DNA of 32,000 nucleotides, from the NCBI GenBank assembly GCA_963733195.1, contig CAVTCR010000036.1, forward strand, positions 2,784 through 34,783. Direction: 5' to 3'. A program made the position numbers and the translations under genes. Below the pieces are notes generated by a model that searched no databases, was not told the origin of the DNA, and was given only the letters and a program-made list of their open reading frames with translations. Positions 27,958 through 32,000 of the stretch are shown in pieces; position 1 is the stretch's first letter, and every line of letters begins with the position of its first letter. The DNA is from an uncultured delta proteobacterium (GTDB lineage Bacteria > Desulfobacterota > Binatia > Bin18).

Positions 27958-28048
27958 ATCGTCCCCGTATGAATAGTCGTCACCCTCATGATAGTGAGGA
28001 AAATTTCCCTCGGCGGTCCGCCTTACGGTGATGCAGAAAGGAGTCCGT

Positions 28049-30244
28049 ATGAAGTTTGCCAGTACGGTACTGGCTGTGACGCTGACGAATGTCGTACTCA
28101 CTGGTTGTCTCGCAAGGGAAGGGCAAAGCCAAGTGGATACGGGAGCGCCGCTTTCTTCTTTGGTTGCGATTGGCCAGGAAAAAGGTGGCGACGTCACTAA
28201 GTTTGTCAAAAAGAAAGTCGATGATTTTGCCTTTGGCGATCTCGACGGTTTTCCGTTTCCGCTCGAACCAGGCGTCTCTCCTGAATCGGTACGCACGCTC
28301 AAGGGACTGCGCAGTAATGTGGTGGTCAAGTGGTTTGATCCGCTAACCAGTGATACCTCGGCGAATGCTCCCCGTTACGGGGCGAACAACGATTATGTTG
28401 CCTACTTTGGCGACGGCTGGGACAAGAACTGGGAAGGCAGTGATATCCCGGGAAGTGCACCGCAGTTCAATGGCAGTGGGAAGGCTGGCTGGATCTGGGT
28501 GAATAACGAATACGTGTCAAACGATCTGCCGACAGCGACGAGTGCGCCGACCGGTCAATTCCTCTCGCTGGGAAAACACTTGTTTGGCCTCGGCATTCTC
28601 AACAACGATGTCACTGCTGATATCTGGAGTCAGGAGGATCTCGACACCTTTATTCGAAACTACAAAAAGGAGCTGGGCGGTTCGTGGTTCAAAATCACCA
28701 AAGACTCTTCAGGCAACTGGAGTGTCGATCGCAGCGCGACAGCAGTGCGCTACGATTCCACCAGCAACACGTTGTCGCGTATCACTAGTTACAGTTCGTA
28801 TCTCCCAGACCAGGATGACACCGGCAATCCATTGCCCAATGGCGTCGTCGCTGGTATCGCCGGTGACTGTTCAGGAGCACAGACACCATGGGGGACAATC
28901 ATCACTGGGGAAGAGAACGTGCAAGATTATTACGGCGATCTCGAAACCGCCTGGGATAGTAACCAGAAGTTTGTTGCCGGGAAAGGATTCGACCCGGGAA
29001 GCAACATCAATCCACCGTATGAAGCGAGTACTGCCGCCCAGTTCGGGCGACTGTCTGACCCGAACGAGCGACACAATCGTGACACTCTCGGCTACCTTGT
29101 TGAAATCGACCCTGGCATTGCCGCAAACAAATTCTACACAAGTGTGAAAGCGAACGGTGACGGCAAAGGGCACCGGAAACTAGGAGTACTTGGTCGCGCC
29201 CGTTGGGAAAACGCAACGTTCGTTGTCGACGAGAACTGGGAACTCATTCCAGATCAACCGATCGTCATCTATGCAGGCAATGATCGTCGCAGTGGACGGC
29301 TCTATAAGTTCGTTAGTAAAGAGCTGTACCGCGAAGGTATGAGCAGAGGCGAGATTCGCGCGCTGCTTGATGAGGGGACGCTCTATGTTGCTCACTTTGC
29401 TGGTTTGGATAACAAGACCGGCAACACTATTCTCTCTGGTAGTACCTCGGTCGCACCGACCGAAACCGCTCCTGGAAGAGGGCAGTGGATTCACCTCAGC
29501 GTGAATAGCAAAGATGTCGCACCCAACGCCTCTGCCCTTGGTACCGCCGGTAAAACAGTTGGTGACGCTTTGAAGGATCTCAATTGGAATGGGATCGGCG
29601 GTTTCCCCACTGACGATGATGTGCGGCGCGCGTTGTTTACTGCTGAAGCAAAAATCGGCGTGGCGGAATTGAACCGGCCAGAAGATTTGGAATGGAACCC
29701 TAAAGGCCCGAATGGAATCCCACGCTTGTACATCGCCTTTACCAATCACACCGGCGGCACACAGCTTGACCAAAGTGGGAAGTTGCTCAAGACCGATGTA
29801 ACTGATCGGCGCAACGATGGCGATGGCGAAATCTGGGCGTTGCAAGAAGCCAGTCCCGACCACCCGGCCGGGTCGAAAAGCTTTACCTTCTTTCAGGTCG
29901 CAAAAGGAGCGAACGCCGGGAAAGATAACTTCGAGTTCGCCGCGCCGGATAACATCATGATCGACCGCAACGGCGGCGTATGGTTTGGGACCGACGGCAA
30001 CTTCGGTCGTACCAGTAGCAAAGCCGCAGATTGCCTGTACTATCTCGATCTTGACCTGTCACATCGCGAAGGACCGATGCTGTTCAATGTAACGTATGGT
30101 AAGGCCTTCCGTGTCGCATGTGTACCTAGCGACGCGGAAGTGACTGGTCCAGCGTTCAGCTCTGATCAGGAAACTATCTTCCTTTCCGTGCAACATCCAG
30201 GTGAAGATCCCCAAAACGTTACCAGCTTCCCGCAACCACGATAG
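28049..30244 (+). CDS. phoX: PhoX-family (DUF839/COG3211) alkaline phosphatase, predicted lipoprotein
   Basis: The ATG at 28049 follows AAAGGAG. The signal peptide MKFASTVLAVTLTNVVLTGC has a lipobox. PhoX-type motifs are GDCSGAQTPWGTIITGEENV and FAAPDNIMIDRNGGVWFGTDGN. Confidence 0.85.
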   Translation: MKFASTVLAVTLTNVVLTGCLAREGQSQVDTGAPLSSLVAIGQEKGGDVTKFVKKKVDDFAFGDLDGFPFPLEPGVSPESVRTLKGLRSNVVVKWFDPLTSDTSANAPRYGANNDYVAYFGDGWDKNWEGSDIPGSAPQFNGSGKAGWIWVNNEYVSNDLPTATSAPTGQFLSLGKHLFGLGILNNDVTADIWSQEDLDTFIRNYKKELGGSWFKITKDSSGNWSVDRSATAVRYDSTSNTLSRITSYSSYLPDQDDTGNPLPNGVVAGIAGDCSGAQTPWGTIITGEENVQDYYGDLETAWDSNQKFVAGKGFDPGSNINPPYEASTAAQFGRLSDPNERHNRDTLGYLVEIDPGIAANKFYTSVKANGDGKGHRKLGVLGRARWENATFVVDENWELIPDQPIVIYAGNDRRSGRLYKFVSKELYREGMSRGEIRALLDEGTLYVAHFAGLDNKTGNTILSGSTSVAPTETAPGRGQWIHLSVNSKDVAPNASALGTAGKTVGDALKDLNWNGIGGFPTDDDVRRALFTAEAKIGVAELNRPEDLEWNPKGPNGIPRLYIAFTNHTGGTQLDQSGKLLKTDVTDRRNDGDGEIWALQEASPDHPAGSKSFTFFQVAKGANAGKDNFEFAAPDNIMIDRNGGVWFGTDGNFGRTSSKAADCLYYLDLDLSHREGPMLFNVTYGKAFRVACVPSDAEVTGPAFSSDQETIFLSVQHPGEDPQNVTSFPQPR

Positions 30245-30338
30245 CGAGCACCTGGACAGACCAATTCCCGTCCCACCTTCCTGTACCGATAAGGCAAGAG
30301 GGTGGGGCGGACGAGAGCGTGTCTTTAGAAGAGTTTCG

Positions 30339-32000
30339 ATGATCTCCTTCAATCACAAATCTCCGGTCCTCCTCTTTTTGGTGTGGCCGCTGGTTTTCAT
30401 AGCCTTCGGCTTCCTGCTAGTTATAACAATGGCAGAGTTGGGACGAGAATACGTGACCAACAGCGTGGCAGATAACGTCGCTCCCTACGACCCGCTTGCG
30501 ATTGCTCATGAAAGCATTGGGAAAACCGAAAACTTCGAGGCCGTCGTTCCTTCACAGTGCTACACCAAGACCGACGGGGTAGCAAATCCATGCTGGACCT
30601 GCCACACTCAGCCACAAGGAGAAAACTATCAGAGAGATTGGCACTTGCAGGAAGTATATTCATTTAGTGACTTTGCTCTCACCAATCGGTGGAAGAATCT
30701 CTTCGTCGATCGTTCCGCTACCATAGCGACGATCAGCGATGCGGAGACCCTTTCGTACATTCGCACCGACAACTATACGCCACTCCGCCTGGCTCTTACT
30801 GGACGACCTGGTTTTCCGGGGTATGTACCGGACCTCGACCTTACTCAAGGATTTGACGACGAAGGATTTGCCAAAGATGGTAGTGGTTGGCGAGCGATTC
30901 GCTACAAGCCCTTTCTTGGGACGTTCTGGCCCACTAATGGGAATACCGATGATGTGATGATCCGTCTGCCGCGTATCTTCCAAACGGATAGGCAGGGGAA
31001 TATCTCCCGTGAGATCTACAAAGTGAATCTTGCCCTCTTGGAAGCGGCTATTGCTGTTGCACCGACAACACCACCTGACAAACTAGACCGTCTTGTTGAG
31101 CCCGTGAGCGAGATCACTGCTGGTGTTGACTTTGATGGGGATGGGCAACTGATCTCACAGGTGACACGTATTCGTAAACTGCCGACGCATTATCGAGGCG
31201 GTGCAAGCCCGATTGCGGTCAGTCGCTATCGCTACCCAGAGGGAACAGAATTTCTCCACACTGTGCGTTATATCGACCCGGAAAAACCGACACTATTGTC
31301 GGCACGCATGAAAGAAGTGCGCTACGCACGCAAAAGGATGTGGCTCGATGATTGGGCGCTCTTGCGCGCGTATGAAAAAGAACTGCTCGATAAAGAAGAG
31401 GGAAAGCTTCCGACATTCAAGGGATCACCGTTTGTTGGGTTGCAAAACGACTTTGGTTGGCAGTTGCAGGGTTTTATTGAAGACGCACAGGGGAGGTTAC
31501 GACTCCAAACTGAAGAAGAGCACCGATTCTGTATGGGATGCCATAGCACGGTCGGGGTGACAGTCGATCAAACTTTCGCTTTTGCCCGCAAAGTGCCGGG
31601 GGTAGAAGGTTGGCGACATCAAGACCTGCGTGGCATTCGTGATGTCCCGCAAGCAGGACATGCCGCCCCAGAAATCCTCACCTATTTCCGTCGTGTAACC
31701 GGTGGTGATGAGTTCCGAGCAAATGAGGAGGTACTCCACCGCTTCTTTCCCTCTGGTATGCTCGATGAACCCACGGTGCGTCGTGCTGCTGCTGGCGGGG
31801 ACCAAGATATCACTTTTCTCGTCGCACCTTCTCGTCAGCGGGCTCTGCAACTCAACAAAGCCTATATTGCACTTGTGCGGGAACAAACCTTTGCCCAGGG
31901 ACGTGACACTCTGTTAGCTCCTCCGCGCAATGTACACGACAAGATCGATAATGGCTCGACTGACCTCGGAAAAAGCGGACGAGTCTATTTCGATGGGCAG
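30339..32000 (+). CDS. Membrane-anchored putative dihaem c-type cytochrome of unknown family (3' end outside the window)
   Basis: My own codon-by-codon reading from the ATG at 30339 gives 554 sense codons to the window end. The ORF is missing from the supplied ORF track because it has no stop in the window. The N-terminal hydrophobic anchor is VLLFLVWPLVFIAFGFLLVI. Two CxxCH motifs are present: NPCWTCH (about aa 83) and FCMGCH (about aa 395). Confidence 0.7.
   Translation, partial: MISFNHKSPVLLFLVWPLVFIAFGFLLVITMAELGREYVTNSVADNVAPYDPLAIAHESIGKTENFEAVVPSQCYTKTDGVANPCWTCHTQPQGENYQRDWHLQEVYSFSDFALTNRWKNLFVDRSATIATISDAETLSYIRTDNYTPLRLALTGRPGFPGYVPDLDLTQGFDDEGFAKDGSGWRAIRYKPFLGTFWPTNGNTDDVMIRLPRIFQTDRQGNISREIYKVNLALLEAAIAVAPTTPPDKLDRLVEPVSEITAGVDFDGDGQLISQVTRIRKLPTHYRGGASPIAVSRYRYPEGTEFLHTVRYIDPEKPTLLSARMKEVRYARKRMWLDDWALLRAYEKELLDKEEGKLPTFKGSPFVGLQNDFGWQLQGFIEDAQGRLRLQTEEEHRFCMGCHSTVGVTVDQTFAFARKVPGVEGWRHQDLRGIRDVPQAGHAAPEILTYFRRVTGGDEFRANEEVLHRFFPSGMLDEPTVRRAAAGGDQDITFLVAPSRQRALQLNKAYIALVREQTFAQGRDTLLAPPRNVHDKIDNGSTDLGKSGRVYFDGQ

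Noticed and set aside
27802-28329. 175-aa minus-strand ORF spanning the phoX promoter and 5' end
   Set aside because: It overlaps the well-supported phoX start (RBS plus lipoprotein signal). It has no RBS and no recognisable motifs, so it is probably spurious.
1-32000. Search for CRISPR arrays, rRNA/tRNA genes, and known defence or toxin-antitoxin modules
   Set aside because: No regularly spaced direct repeats, no tRNA-like cloverleaf candidates in the intergenic regions I read, and no defence-type domains were seen. The only RHH protein lacks a partner toxin.

Overview
The window reads as a phosphate-starvation (Pho-type) island from a Gram-negative-style bacterium, interrupted by a decayed accessory block. 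All family calls are by-eye motif recognition; no database search was possible.

Recognisable Pho-type genes:
- pstS 3' part
- a secreted phytase-like esterase
- a secreted GlpQ-like glycerophosphodiesterase
- ppx-ppk
- a lipoprotein PhoX followed by an unannotated dihaem c-type cytochrome ORF that runs off the window end

Four promoters carry 7-bp TGTCAT-like repeats in 11-bp phase, the classical PhoB-box architecture.

The most unusual content is a six-gene plus-strand cluster at 15346-22656:
- alpha/beta hydrolase
- GT4 glycosyltransferase
- a membrane-anchored class-III PLP aminotransferase fused to an Mpo1/DUF962-like membrane domain
- a translationally coupled PEMT-type methyltransferase
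- a PlcP/LpxH-like metallophosphoesterase
- a HAD phosphatase

I read this cluster as a candidate, apparently undescribed, pathway for phosphorus-free (amino/glyco)lipid remodelling.

The accessory block at 7190-12102 holds a groEL 3' remnant, a degraded IS66-family transposase, and an arsenic cluster. The arsenic cluster comprises an in-frame arsR-arsC fusion, the arsenate-type GAPDH, arsJ, and an intact arsM.

Roughly thirty frame disruptions or nonsense codons fall in two blocks (1-3813 and 7190-12102), while about 18 kb of other coding sequence is clean. This is either real pseudogenisation or block-wise poor consensus quality, and it must be resolved first.

No rRNA, tRNA or CRISPR array was seen.
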